The notes beneath the pieces were generated by a model that did not search any database, had not been told where the DNA came from, and worked only from the letters and a program-made list of their open reading frames with translations. This document shows positions 29,187 through 37,542 of a stretch of 64,000 nt of DNA, piece after piece; the stretch's first letter is position 1, and every line of letters starts with the position of its first letter. Source of the stretch: a virus (lineage: Duplodnaviria; Heunggongvirae; Uroviricota; Caudoviricetes). The stretch lies in IMG/VR virus record IMGVR_UViG_3300027608_000017, one strand, 5' to 3'. The translations under genes and the position numbers were made by a program.

Positions 29187-30686
29187 GTGACGCCTTTCCA
29201 ATTCTTTCTCGATGTCGGCACACCCAGACGGCTGGATGCGCCGCTCATCTTGTCTGGCGTCACGCTGGCGTCGGATGTCGCCGTCGCGCTCAATGTCGTG
29301 GCTGCGCCGACGCTCTCAGATGTCACGCTGGCGTCGGACCTCGCGCTGGGCCTGTCTCTGGTCGCGGCTCCGGCACTCGGCGATGTCAGCCTGTCCAGCG
29401 AACTGGCCGTGGGATTGGCTGTGTCCGCGAGCGCCACGCTGGGCGACGTGGTGCTATCGAGCGCTCTCGCGACGGATGTCGCGCTGGTGTCCGCAACCAC
29501 GTTGGGCGACGTGACGCTCAGCGGTAATCTCGCGGTCGGGCTGGCTCTGGTGTCCGCGTCCACACTCGGCGATGTGACACTCAGCAGCGACGTGGCATCC
29601 GCGTCCGCACTGATGGCGGCCGTGGCCCTAGATGGCGTCACGCTGACGAGTGACCTCGCCGTCGAGCTGGCATTGAGCGCGACAGCCACGCTCGATGACG
29701 TGACACTGACGAGCGGCCTGACGGCGGAAGCCGCGCTGGTCGCGGGAATCACGCTGGAGGGCGTGACACTGTCGTCCGCCGCCACTGTGGGCCTGTCGCT
29801 CACCGAGAGCGCGACGCTGGCCGATGTCGTGCTGTCCAGCGACGTGACCGCAGTCCTCGCGCTGGTGGTGAACACGACGCTGGCGGGAGTGAGTCTGTCG
29901 AGCGACGTGATCAGTGCAGCGCCGGTCGTCGTGACGCTGGATGACGTGACCTTGACGGGTGCTTTGGCCGTCGCGCTGGACCTCGTATCGGCCCCGACGC
30001 TCGACAGTGTGACGCTGGCAGCCAGTGCGATGGTCGGAGTCGAGATTACCCACACGGCCACGCTCGGCGATGTTGTTTTGGTCGGGTTGGTCTCGGTCGG
30101 GTTGGTCTCGGTCGAGTCGGCAGTGGGGCTGTCTGTCACGCTGGACGACATGACCACAAACGCCACGGCGGCGGCGGGGATCGCGATCGGCGGGGTGATC
30201 GCACTGGAGAACACGTCTCTCGGGTCAGGCACAATCCGTGGACTGGTGTCGTGCGGCCTGTCGGCTACGCTCGACAACATCGTCTGCGTCTCAGAACCGG
30301 AGGAGAATTCACTCGGCACGCTCTGCGTCGCCGCGTCGCAAGTCGTCTCTTCGGGCGCGGCGCAGGTCCGCGTGCTGTGCCCCGAGGTGAGTGCCAGTCA
30401 GATCACCCATCTGGACGCCGCGCAGGTGCGGGTACTCTGTCTGGGGCTGAGTGCCGATCAAGTCGCCTGCTTGGACGCGGTGCAGGTCCAGATCCTGTCT
30501 CCGGGGCTGAGTGCCGCTCAAGTCCTCTATTCAGACGCCGCGCAGGTCCGGATACTGCACCCCGAGTTGGTCGCGGGTCAAATCGCCTATTTGGGCGCCG
30601 CGCAGGTCCGGGTACTATGTCCGGGTCTAAGTGCTGGTCAAATCGTCTACGGTGGCTCCGTCGCCGCCGTCTCTGGCTGTCCATAG
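29187..30686 (+). CDS. tandem-repeat protein: about 15 x 20-aa repeats then 6 x 20-aa Cys-containing repeats
   Basis: Repeat A consensus TLGDVTLSSDLAVGLALVSA; repeat B AAQVRVLCPGLSAGQIAYLD; plus strand chosen from context and beta-strand-like periodicity. Confidence 0.55.
   Translation: MTPFQFFLDVGTPRRLDAPLILSGVTLASDVAVALNVVAAPTLSDVTLASDLALGLSLVAAPALGDVSLSSELAVGLAVSASATLGDVVLSSALATDVALVSATTLGDVTLSGNLAVGLALVSASTLGDVTLSSDVASASALMAAVALDGVTLTSDLAVELALSATATLDDVTLTSGLTAEAALVAGITLEGVTLSSAATVGLSLTESATLADVVLSSDVTAVLALVVNTTLAGVSLSSDVISAAPVVVTLDDVTLTGALAVALDLVSAPTLDSVTLAASAMVGVEITHTATLGDVVLVGLVSVGLVSVESAVGLSVTLDDMTTNATAAAGIAIGGVIALENTSLGSGTIRGLVSCGLSATLDNIVCVSEPEENSLGTLCVAASQVVSSGAAQVRVLCPEVSASQITHLDAAQVRVLCLGLSADQVACLDAVQVQILSPGLSAAQVLYSDAAQVRILHPELVAGQIAYLGAAQVRVLCPGLSAGQIVYGGSVAAVSGCP
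29230..30130. repeat. 60-bp tandem DNA repeats, about 15 copies, about 70% identical
   Basis: Period-60 recurrence of gacgtgacgctg...gcg. Confidence 0.8.
30330..30660. repeat. second 60-bp tandem repeat array (about 6 copies)
   Basis: gccgcgcaggtccgggtactgtg...ctgagtgcc..tcaagtc recurs six times. Confidence 0.8.
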
Positions 30687-30708
30687 TAGAATCGTCGCGA
30701 GGTTTCCC

Positions 30709-31080
30709 ATGAGTTGCTGTGCTGCCGGGGAGGGGTCGATCGCGGGCAGCTCGGCTGTCGTGCTGGCGCGGGTGCGCGCAATCAACCAGTCCTACATCAC
30801 GCGGGCCACCACGGTGTCGATCTCCCGCACGATCTATCTCGCGTCCAACAGCGCGGTTCTGAGTGGGCCGACATCGCTCGTCGTGGCGAGTACCGTATTC
30901 GACACGTTGCAGACGGACTACGGGTGGAACGCCGACGTGACCGGCTACAATTTTCGCGACGCAATCCTCGGCTCGGCGCTCACGACCGTCGGCAAGATCG
31001 TCCTCGTCTACTCCTTGGTCGATAGCGACGGCCTCACGTCGCTGTACCGGATCGAACACACCGTTAAGGCAGTCGTCTAG
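30709..31080 (+). CDS. hypothetical protein
   Basis: ATG 30709 (MSCCAAGEG...). Confidence 0.45.
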   Translation: MSCCAAGEGSIAGSSAVVLARVRAINQSYITRATTVSISRTIYLASNSAVLSGPTSLVVASTVFDTLQTDYGWNADVTGYNFRDAILGSALTTVGKIVLVYSLVDSDGLTSLYRIEHTVKAVV

Positions 31081-31122
31081 TTTCGTTTGTTTCGGATAAG
31101 TTCTCTCTGCGAGGCGCGGTGC

Positions 31123-31713
31123 ATGTCGTTGATCGTGGGTTTTTGCGGGCACTCCGGAGTCGGGAAAGACACTTGTGCCCGACTCCTTCCGGTAGTGCTG
31201 CCGGGGGTTTCCGTCGATAGTGTGGCGCTGGCGGGCCGCGTCAAGTTGGTGGCGCATTCGCTCTACGGGCATCTGGGCCTTGAGCATCCCTCCCACTACG
31301 ACGCGAACCGTCAGGCCCGCCACGTCAAGTTGCCGCTCATCGGCAAGTCAGCGCTGGAACTCTGGTGTGAGATCGGCGACGGGATGCGACGAGTCTACGG
31401 GAACACCTGGGTGGACCTCGCGCTCAATTATGCGAACTCCAGCACCAGCGACGTGGTCTGCGTCACGGATGTGCGCTACCCTAACGAGGCCGAGTCAATC
31501 CAACGGGCGGGCGGATTCGTCGTCAAGATTCACAACCCCCGCACCAAGCCGCTCGCGACGCAGGCCGATCACGCGCTCGACGGCTGGGCGGGTCACTACG
31601 ATTACGATCTGCTCAACGACGGGACCGAGACCGACCTCGAAAACCGGCTCCACAAATTCGGCAAACATCTCGCCAAACGGCTGCAACTCGACAGAAAACA
31701 GAACTGTCTGTAA
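31123..31713 (+). CDS. T4 gp1-like deoxynucleoside monophosphate kinase
   Basis: P-loop GFCGHSGVGKDT, VTDVRYPNE (compare T4 VPDTRQDHE), LLNDGTETDL (compare ITNDGSLEEL). Confidence 0.65.
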   Translation: MSLIVGFCGHSGVGKDTCARLLPVVLPGVSVDSVALAGRVKLVAHSLYGHLGLEHPSHYDANRQARHVKLPLIGKSALELWCEIGDGMRRVYGNTWVDLALNYANSSTSDVVCVTDVRYPNEAESIQRAGGFVVKIHNPRTKPLATQADHALDGWAGHYDYDLLNDGTETDLENRLHKFGKHLAKRLQLDRKQNCL

Positions 31714-31735
31714 AGTTCTGCAATGAGGCAGTTTC

Positions 31736-32278
31736 ATGCACGCCTTCGATTGGCTTTCCGACTTCACCCACCTGCTGGTCAGTCTGATCCCCAGACTGGT
31801 CGTCGTGAGGCAAACTCACGCCGGTGTGATTTTCCGGCGCGGCCTCGCCAAGAAGATCGGGCCGGGCATTCACCTCTACTGGCCGATCCTCTCCGAGTGC
31901 GTCCAAGTCTGCACGGTGAGGCAGTCGCTCAACCTCAGCTACCAGTGCCTGCTGACGGTGGACGGCCAAGCGATCGTCGTCGCGGCCATCGTGGTCTATC
32001 GGATCGAGGACGCTTTTCTCGCGCTGACCGAGACCGACAACGCCCAAGATACAATCCACGATGTCTCGATGTCGGCCATCCGCCGCGTCGTCAACGGCTG
32101 CACATTCTCCGAGGTGCAGAAAAACACGACCGCCAAGGGCAACTCACTGGACGCCATGCTGCGCAAGCGACTGCAAGCCGATCTCTCGACGTATGGCGTG
32201 GCGATCGACCGCGCGTTTCTGAGTGACCTGTCAAAGCCGATCATTCTGCGTCACCTTGGCGACCCCCTGTCAAACTGA
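31736..32278 (+). CDS. SPFH/band-7-like protein
   Basis: Weak resemblance to the SPFH N-terminal region (HAGVIFRRG...PGIHLYWPI). Confidence 0.4.
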   Translation: MHAFDWLSDFTHLLVSLIPRLVVVRQTHAGVIFRRGLAKKIGPGIHLYWPILSECVQVCTVRQSLNLSYQCLLTVDGQAIVVAAIVVYRIEDAFLALTETDNAQDTIHDVSMSAIRRVVNGCTFSEVQKNTTAKGNSLDAMLRKRLQADLSTYGVAIDRAFLSDLSKPIILRHLGDPLSN

Positions 32279-32289
32279 AGGACCAGAAC

Positions 32290-32586
32290 TTGACCAAGAA
32301 GACGACCCCGACCCCGCGCGTCCAGAAGTCTCCCGCGCCGCGACCCACGGCGGGCCAGCGATCCCTGCTAGATGCCGTGCTTGCCGTCACTCCCCGCAAC
32401 TCGCTGGACGCGCTCGACGCGCAGACGCGAGCGCAAGTCATCGAGGTCGCGAAGGCGTTCATCTCCGGAGAGCTGTCCCTCAGCAAGAAGCAGATCCTCA
32501 CCACCCTCGCGCATCAAGGCGTCCCACTCGGGCGCTACACGTTCGACAAACTGCTCGAATCCATCGTATCGGGAGCGAGAAAGTGA
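32290..32586 (+). CDS. hypothetical protein
   Basis: 98 aa; stop overlaps the GTG of the next gene (GTGA). Confidence 0.45.
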   Translation: MTKKTTPTPRVQKSPAPRPTAGQRSLLDAVLAVTPRNSLDALDAQTRAQVIEVAKAFISGELSLSKKQILTTLAHQGVPLGRYTFDKLLESIVSGARK

Positions 32587-33626
32587 AGAAAAAATCACTG
32601 TTGGACGCTGTGAATTCAGAAGAATCCCATGCCAAAGCTCGGGAGTCGGAGCGAAAGCTCGCTAGGGCCGAGAACGACGCCAGGTCTTGGAAGGCGAAGT
32701 ACGAGAGTGCCTGCGAAGAGTTGGAGATGGCCGAGTCTCGCACCGGGATCATGAAGGCGATTCGCCAGCCGATCCCAGCCGACGCCATCAAGCGGCTGAA
32801 AACCGGCGGCGATGCCGTCGCAGTGCTGGCCCTGTCGGACTGGCACGTCGAGGAGCGGGTTGATCCGGCTGTTATCAACGGCATCAACTCATACTCCCCC
32901 GAGATCGCCACCAAGAGAGTCGAGGAAGTATTTCGCCGCGCAGCCATGCTCATCGACTTTTCGCGAGGCTTCTCCAAGATCGACACCGCTGTTGTCTGGC
33001 TCGGCGGTGACATGATCACGGGATACATCCACGACGAACTCATGGAATCCAATTTCATGTCCCCTACGGAGGCGATCCTGTTCGTGCAGGAACTCATCGT
33101 GAAGGGGATTCGCTTCCTGAAGCGAGAAGCCAAGCTCAAGAAGATCATCATCCCGACCAGCTTCGGTAATCACGGTCGAACGACCGAGAAGCGGCGAGTT
33201 GCCACGAGCGCGGCCAACTCCCACGAGTGGCTGATGTACCACAACTTGGCATCGTTCGTGAAAGACGCAGGGTTCGAGTGGAAGGTGGAAAATGGCTATT
33301 TCAATTTTGTCAGGCTGTTCGATAAGTTCGATATCCGGTTCCATCACGGCGACAACATTCGCTTTGCGGGTGGCGTTGGTGGAATCACAATTCCAGTCAA
33401 CAAGGCCCTGTCCCAATGGTCGAAGATTCAGCGGGTGAATTACGACGTTTTCGGGCATTATCATCAAAGTATCGACATGACCCGATGGACATGCAACGGC
33501 AGCTTGATCGGCTTCAACGCCTTCGCCCTGTCGATTAAGGCCGAGCCTGAAGAACCGAGCCAGACGCTTTCGATCATCTCCAAAGACAGGGGCAAGGTAC
33601 TGACGATGAGAGTTTTTGCACAGTGA
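32583..33626 (+). CDS. calcineurin-like metallophosphoesterase
   Basis: DWH, GGDMITG, GNHG, GHYH motifs; GTG start behind GGAGCGAG; the ORF-track 120-aa N-terminal extension is rejected. Confidence 0.65.
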   Translation: MKKKSLLDAVNSEESHAKARESERKLARAENDARSWKAKYESACEELEMAESRTGIMKAIRQPIPADAIKRLKTGGDAVAVLALSDWHVEERVDPAVINGINSYSPEIATKRVEEVFRRAAMLIDFSRGFSKIDTAVVWLGGDMITGYIHDELMESNFMSPTEAILFVQELIVKGIRFLKREAKLKKIIIPTSFGNHGRTTEKRRVATSAANSHEWLMYHNLASFVKDAGFEWKVENGYFNFVRLFDKFDIRFHHGDNIRFAGGVGGITIPVNKALSQWSKIQRVNYDVFGHYHQSIDMTRWTCNGSLIGFNAFALSIKAEPEEPSQTLSIISKDRGKVLTMRVFAQ

Positions 33627-33987
33627 GTCCGCCCATCCAGCTAAAACGATAGGAAATAAATTGGCCTACGAGCAGCGCGATATGCAAGGAAGTTTGTTTG
33701 TCAACGATCGCAAGGAGAAGGACAGCCACCCCGACTGGAGCGGCTCGATCATGATAAACGGGAAGGAATATTGGCTCTCGGGATGGACGAAGCAGGGCAC
33801 TCGTGGCGAGTTCTATTCACTCGCCGTGAAGCCCAAGGAGGATCGGCCAGCCAGCCCTGAGCCTCGCCGCCAAGAGCCATCACGACAGGAACCAGCCCGG
33901 CGTGAGCCACCGCGCGCCGCAGCACGCCCCGGCCCGGTCGAGCCGCCATTCAGCGACGGCATTGGGGATGAATTGATCCCGTTTTGA
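33616..33987 (+). CDS. DUF736-like protein with SSB-like C-terminal tip (...DELIPF)
   Basis: MQGSLFVNDRKEKDSHPDWSGSIMINGKEYWLSGWTKQG...FYSLAVKPKE matches DUF736; Pro/Arg/Glu-rich linker then GDELIPF; start may be Met at 33682. Confidence 0.5.
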   Translation: MHSESAHPAKTIGNKLAYEQRDMQGSLFVNDRKEKDSHPDWSGSIMINGKEYWLSGWTKQGTRGEFYSLAVKPKEDRPASPEPRRQEPSRQEPARREPPRAAARPGPVEPPFSDGIGDELIPF

Positions 33988-33990
33988 AGC

Positions 33991-34557
33991 TCAGGCAACG
34001 TCCAGCATCCGGCGGATTTGGCAACGCGCGCTGAGCGACCGGCGCTTGACCTCCGAGAGATGGCACAGCACGCTCTCCGAAATCTCGCGCAACTGCTCTC
34101 CGCAACAGAATCGCCACAACGCTTCTGATTGTCTTTCAGGGAGTCGGGACAGGCACCCCTTGGCTCGACTCACGTCCTCGGCGACAATCGCGGCCTCCAG
34201 CGGATTGGCCTCGCGCGACTCGAACAGCGACACGAAATCCTCCTCATCCTCGCGGCCACCGCTCGGGCCAGAGAGAGTCTCGGGGTGTCGCTGCCGCGCA
34301 CGACACAAATCGGCAATCCGGTTTCTCGCGATCCGCCGGACCCACGGCCGAAACGCCCTGCCCGGCTCGAACGTGTGCCGTCTGGCCACGACTCGCAACA
34401 GGACTTCGGAAGTCAGATCATCCGCGTCATTGTGGTTCAGGCCGTGTCCGCGCGCCAGTGAGTGGATGATCGACGACGCGAGGGGATGCAGCGCGGTGAA
34501 CGCCGCATCATCACCATCGCGGTATCGCGACATGAGATCGTCTTCGGGGTGCGTCAT
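33991..34557 (-). CDS. ECF-type RNA polymerase sigma-70 factor
   Basis: Region 2 (DLTSEVLLRVVARRHTFEPGRAFRPWVRRIARNRIADL) and region 4 (LSRLPERQSEALWRFCCGEQLREI). Confidence 0.75.
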   Translation of the reverse strand: MTHPEDDLMSRYRDGDDAAFTALHPLASSIIHSLARGHGLNHNDADDLTSEVLLRVVARRHTFEPGRAFRPWVRRIARNRIADLCRARQRHPETLSGPSGGREDEEDFVSLFESREANPLEAAIVAEDVSRAKGCLSRLPERQSEALWRFCCGEQLREISESVLCHLSEVKRRSLSARCQIRRMLDVA

Positions 34558-35018
34558 ACCATCACCGCCTTCCGTGCCGTGGAGTTGATCAGTTTCAGGA
34601 CATCGAGCGCCTGCACTTCGCGGAATCGTCCCTCGTCGTCAGGGAGTTCGAGGCCGTAGGAGTTGCGGAACACGAGGCCGCTGTCGTGGTAGTAGTAGTC
34701 CCCCTGACTCCAGCTCCCCCCGTCGCTGTCGCAGCGCCGCCACCCGTCGGGGAGTTTTTTTCTCGCGATCACCCGATACACGGCCTCACGCGCCTCGGAA
34801 TCAATCCGTTCATGCGTCACCGCTTCGCGAAACGGAATCCCGTAACAGAGTTCGGCGATGTTGTCGCAGAAGCCCTCAACCTCCCGGTCGAGGCAGATGC
34901 CAAACATGGTGGCGACGTGACGCCGACGTGACGCATCGCCCTCCTCCAGTGCGCGAAACACCGAGAACTTGTTGACCCCGATTTGGCACATGGCCTTGAG
35001 CTTGTCGATTGCTTGCAT
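34554..35018 (-). CDS. hypothetical protein, co-transcribed upstream of the ECF sigma
   Basis: 154-aa ORF; ATGA overlap with the sigma gene start. Confidence 0.5.
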   Translation of the reverse strand: MQAIDKLKAMCQIGVNKFSVFRALEEGDASRRRHVATMFGICLDREVEGFCDNIAELCYGIPFREAVTHERIDSEAREAVYRVIARKKLPDGWRRCDSDGGSWSQGDYYYHDSGLVFRNSYGLELPDDEGRFREVQALDVLKLINSTARKAVMV

Positions 35019-35062
35019 GGTCTCCCTCTCAGTTAAAAAGAATCGTCTCGCCAGTTCTGTTT

Positions 35063-35425
35063 TTAAAACACGCCGCTGCTGAGCGCGTAACTCAGGTAGC
35101 GCGACCGCTGCTCACGGTACGCCTGTAGATCCAGAGCATCGAAATCCTCGGTCTCGACGGCGAGCAGCAGGTCGGCCGCGATCAGCACGGCGTCCTCCGA
35201 GCAGTCGATGATCCCGCCGCAATCGGCATCGACCACGAGCGCCTCAGTGACGGTGGCGATGTCTTCCCCCGACAGAACTCGCCGATACGCTTCGATGGAC
35301 CGGCTGAACAGCACTTCGGCGAACCAGTCGCCTCGCTCCCAGCGGTAGACCCGATCGGGTCCGCCGTAGATCGCGCTGACCGTCCACGTTTCATGCTCCA
35401 GCAGCAGGATGGGTTTCGTTTTCAT
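35063..35425 (-). CDS. hypothetical acidic protein
   Basis: 120-aa ORF. Confidence 0.45.
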   Translation of the reverse strand: MKTKPILLLEHETWTVSAIYGGPDRVYRWERGDWFAEVLFSRSIEAYRRVLSGEDIATVTEALVVDADCGGIIDCSEDAVLIAADLLLAVETEDFDALDLQAYREQRSRYLSYALSSGVF

Positions 35426-35624
35426 GTCGCTCCCTTTTCAATGGAATTGCCTAGAAGTTTCCACATGATATAGATTTAGTCGGTACTGTAAAGTCTCGAA
35501 ATAGCGATGTTCCCAGCGAATTGTCCAAAACGCGCCGCCACGCGCTCCGAAACATTTGTGAGAATATTTTTCGCAATTCCAAGAAATCTGTGTCCTGAGG
35601 GGCCGTTTCTCCGTACTCAGGGGC

Positions 35625-35831
35625 ATGACCACCACACCCACCATCGACAGACGCCGCAAGGCTGCTCACGAGCGACAATCCACTCAGGTCGTGTTTCTCG
35701 CGACGGAGGAATTTCGCGACCTACTCGACCGCGCGGCGTCGGCAGCGGGCTACTCCACCCGCACGGGCTGGATGACTCAGGTTCTAAACCGCGCGGCCCA
35801 TCGCGCTCTCTCACAGAAAGCGACTCCTTGA
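35625..35831 (+). CDS. small basic protein (possible ribbon-helix-helix regulator)
   Basis: 68 aa; stop overlaps the dnaN TTG start. Confidence 0.4.
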   Translation: MTTTPTIDRRRKAAHERQSTQVVFLATEEFRDLLDRAASAAGYSTRTGWMTQVLNRAAHRALSQKATP

Positions 35832-36928
35832 AAGCCACCTTCCACCGACAGTCTCTCGCGTCGGCCGTGCGCGATGCCTCCCAGATCGTGCCGACGCGCA
35901 CCACGAAGGACATCCTCAAGTGCGTCAAATTGACGATCGCCGGGGACGAGTGCCGGATCGAGGCCAATGACGGCGAGTCCCACGTTGTGCGCTATCTGCG
36001 GGGCGTCGAATGCGCACGCCCCGGCTCGGTGCTGATCCCGGCGGCCAAGCTCAACGCGATCCTGTCTGAAGTGACCGCCGAGTCGATCGCCCTCGACATG
36101 AACGGGACGGACTGCCGGATCGTGTGCGGCCGCGTCAAGCTCACACTGCCCACGCAGCCCGCCGAAGACTTCCCTTCGATCGCCGAGTGGGCGTTCGACT
36201 CGTACCATACGATCAGCGCCGGTGAACTCAGCCGCGCGCTCAGGCGGACGCTCGTGTTCTGCGATACCGTCTCGACCCGCTACGCACTCGGCGGGGTGAA
36301 TCTGGCCGTGGCGAATGGTGTCCGGGCGTCGTTCCAGTCCACGGATTCGCTGCGGGCCGCCGAGCAGATCGCGACTGTCGTGACCACGGGTGAGGACTCG
36401 CCACTGCACGGGGTGACTGTGGTCCCTCACCGGGGAGCATCGGCTCTGCTGTCGATGCTGGATGTCGATCCCGTGGACTTCGCGGCCGACGCCAATTCGC
36501 TCTACGCACGGAGCGGCGACTTCACGCTGAAACTGCAATTCGTGCAGGGCCGGTTTCCGGATTTCAACAAGATTTTCCTGCCGATCGAAAACGTGATCCC
36601 GGTGGTGGTGGGGCCGCTGCGCGATGCGTTTCGGCAGTCTCTGCTGACAACCTCGCCGGACTCCAAGGGGGTGGGGATGACGTTCGGCGGCGGCACGCTG
36701 CTGCTCTCCAGCAAAACGGCCGACGAAGGCAGTTCGGAAGTGGACATTCCTGTCGAGTTCGCGGGCGAGCTGAAGATGTGCCAGAACGCCACCCTGCTGA
36801 TGTCCGCGCTAAAGTTGTTCGACGGTGCGGATGTCCTCCGGATGTCGGTCTCAGAAAAATCGCTGACGATGACGCTGGCGACCGAAGACGGCTGGCGATT
36901 CATGCAGATGGGCTTGGCGGTCGAGTAA
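35828..36928 (+). CDS. dnaN: DNA polymerase III beta subunit (sliding clamp)
   Basis: 366 aa from TTG; three-domain length and N-terminal pattern FHRQSLASAVRDASQIVPTRTTKDILKCVKLTIAGD..., PTQPAEDFPSI match DnaN. Confidence 0.75.
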   Translation: MKATFHRQSLASAVRDASQIVPTRTTKDILKCVKLTIAGDECRIEANDGESHVVRYLRGVECARPGSVLIPAAKLNAILSEVTAESIALDMNGTDCRIVCGRVKLTLPTQPAEDFPSIAEWAFDSYHTISAGELSRALRRTLVFCDTVSTRYALGGVNLAVANGVRASFQSTDSLRAAEQIATVVTTGEDSPLHGVTVVPHRGASALLSMLDVDPVDFAADANSLYARSGDFTLKLQFVQGRFPDFNKIFLPIENVIPVVVGPLRDAFRQSLLTTSPDSKGVGMTFGGGTLLLSSKTADEGSSEVDIPVEFAGELKMCQNATLLMSALKLFDGADVLRMSVSEKSLTMTLATEDGWRFMQMGLAVE

Positions 36929-36946
36929 ACACGAAAGGCAACGAAA

Positions 36947-37159
36947 ATGGATCAGGAAATTCGGGACATTCTTCAATCGCGCGGCGAGGCCACATTCGAC
37001 GAGGTGTGCGACGCAGTCGGGTGCTACTTCGATGTGGATCGCGGTGCGGTGCGGCAATCGCTCGTCGGCATCCATGCCGCGCAGCTCGGCGAGTGCAAGA
37101 TTATCGGCTCGACGATCTTTTTTCCCCGCAACGTCGGGATGGACGGGTGGTGGGACTGA
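36947..37159 (+). CDS. hypothetical protein
   Basis: 70-aa ORF. Confidence 0.4.
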   Translation: MDQEIRDILQSRGEATFDEVCDAVGCYFDVDRGAVRQSLVGIHAAQLGECKIIGSTIFFPRNVGMDGWWD

Positions 37160-37533
37160 TGTCGAAGTCCCCATCTTTCGCCGAGATCATCGCGGACTGG
37201 AGAGTACGGCTGCTCGTGTCCGAGCGGGACGCTGTCGTCGCGCGAGAGAGCCACCAGCGGGTGGCGACATTGGCGCTGCGCAACCTGCTCAGTGGCATCG
37301 CCAAAACACATGACGCGCCGATGTCATCCGAAGCACATCTCGACACGGCTATCGCCGCACTGGCGTCCGCCACGGACTGGCGACCGCAGAACGCGGAACT
37401 CGCCGAGATACTCGCCGACGCGATTGAGTTCGTGTCGCTCACGCGAGGCAGCGGATCAGCAAAACTCGCGTCGGAGTCAGGGGAACCCACCGGTAGAATG
37501 TGGCAACCCGATTCCGAATCTTCCCCCGAATAA
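37159..37533 (+). CDS. hypothetical protein
   Basis: ATG 37159 overlaps the upstream stop. Confidence 0.45.
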   Translation: MSKSPSFAEIIADWRVRLLVSERDAVVARESHQRVATLALRNLLSGIAKTHDAPMSSEAHLDTAIAALASATDWRPQNAELAEILADAIEFVSLTRGSGSAKLASESGEPTGRMWQPDSESSPE

Positions 37534-37542
37534 GGCTGCACC

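Noticed and set aside
29168-30319. 383-aa minus-strand ORF rich in Ser/Thr/Ala covering the tandem repeat arrays
   Set aside because: It is the antisense shadow of the period-60 repeats. Neighbouring genes are all plus-strand, and the plus frame gives a coherent amphipathic repeat unit.
32223-32582. 120-aa N-terminal extension of the metallophosphoesterase ORF
   Set aside because: It overlaps the well-formed 32290..32586 gene in another frame and has Arg/Pro-rich junk composition. A GTG at 32583 with an RBS gives a normal start coupled to the upstream stop.
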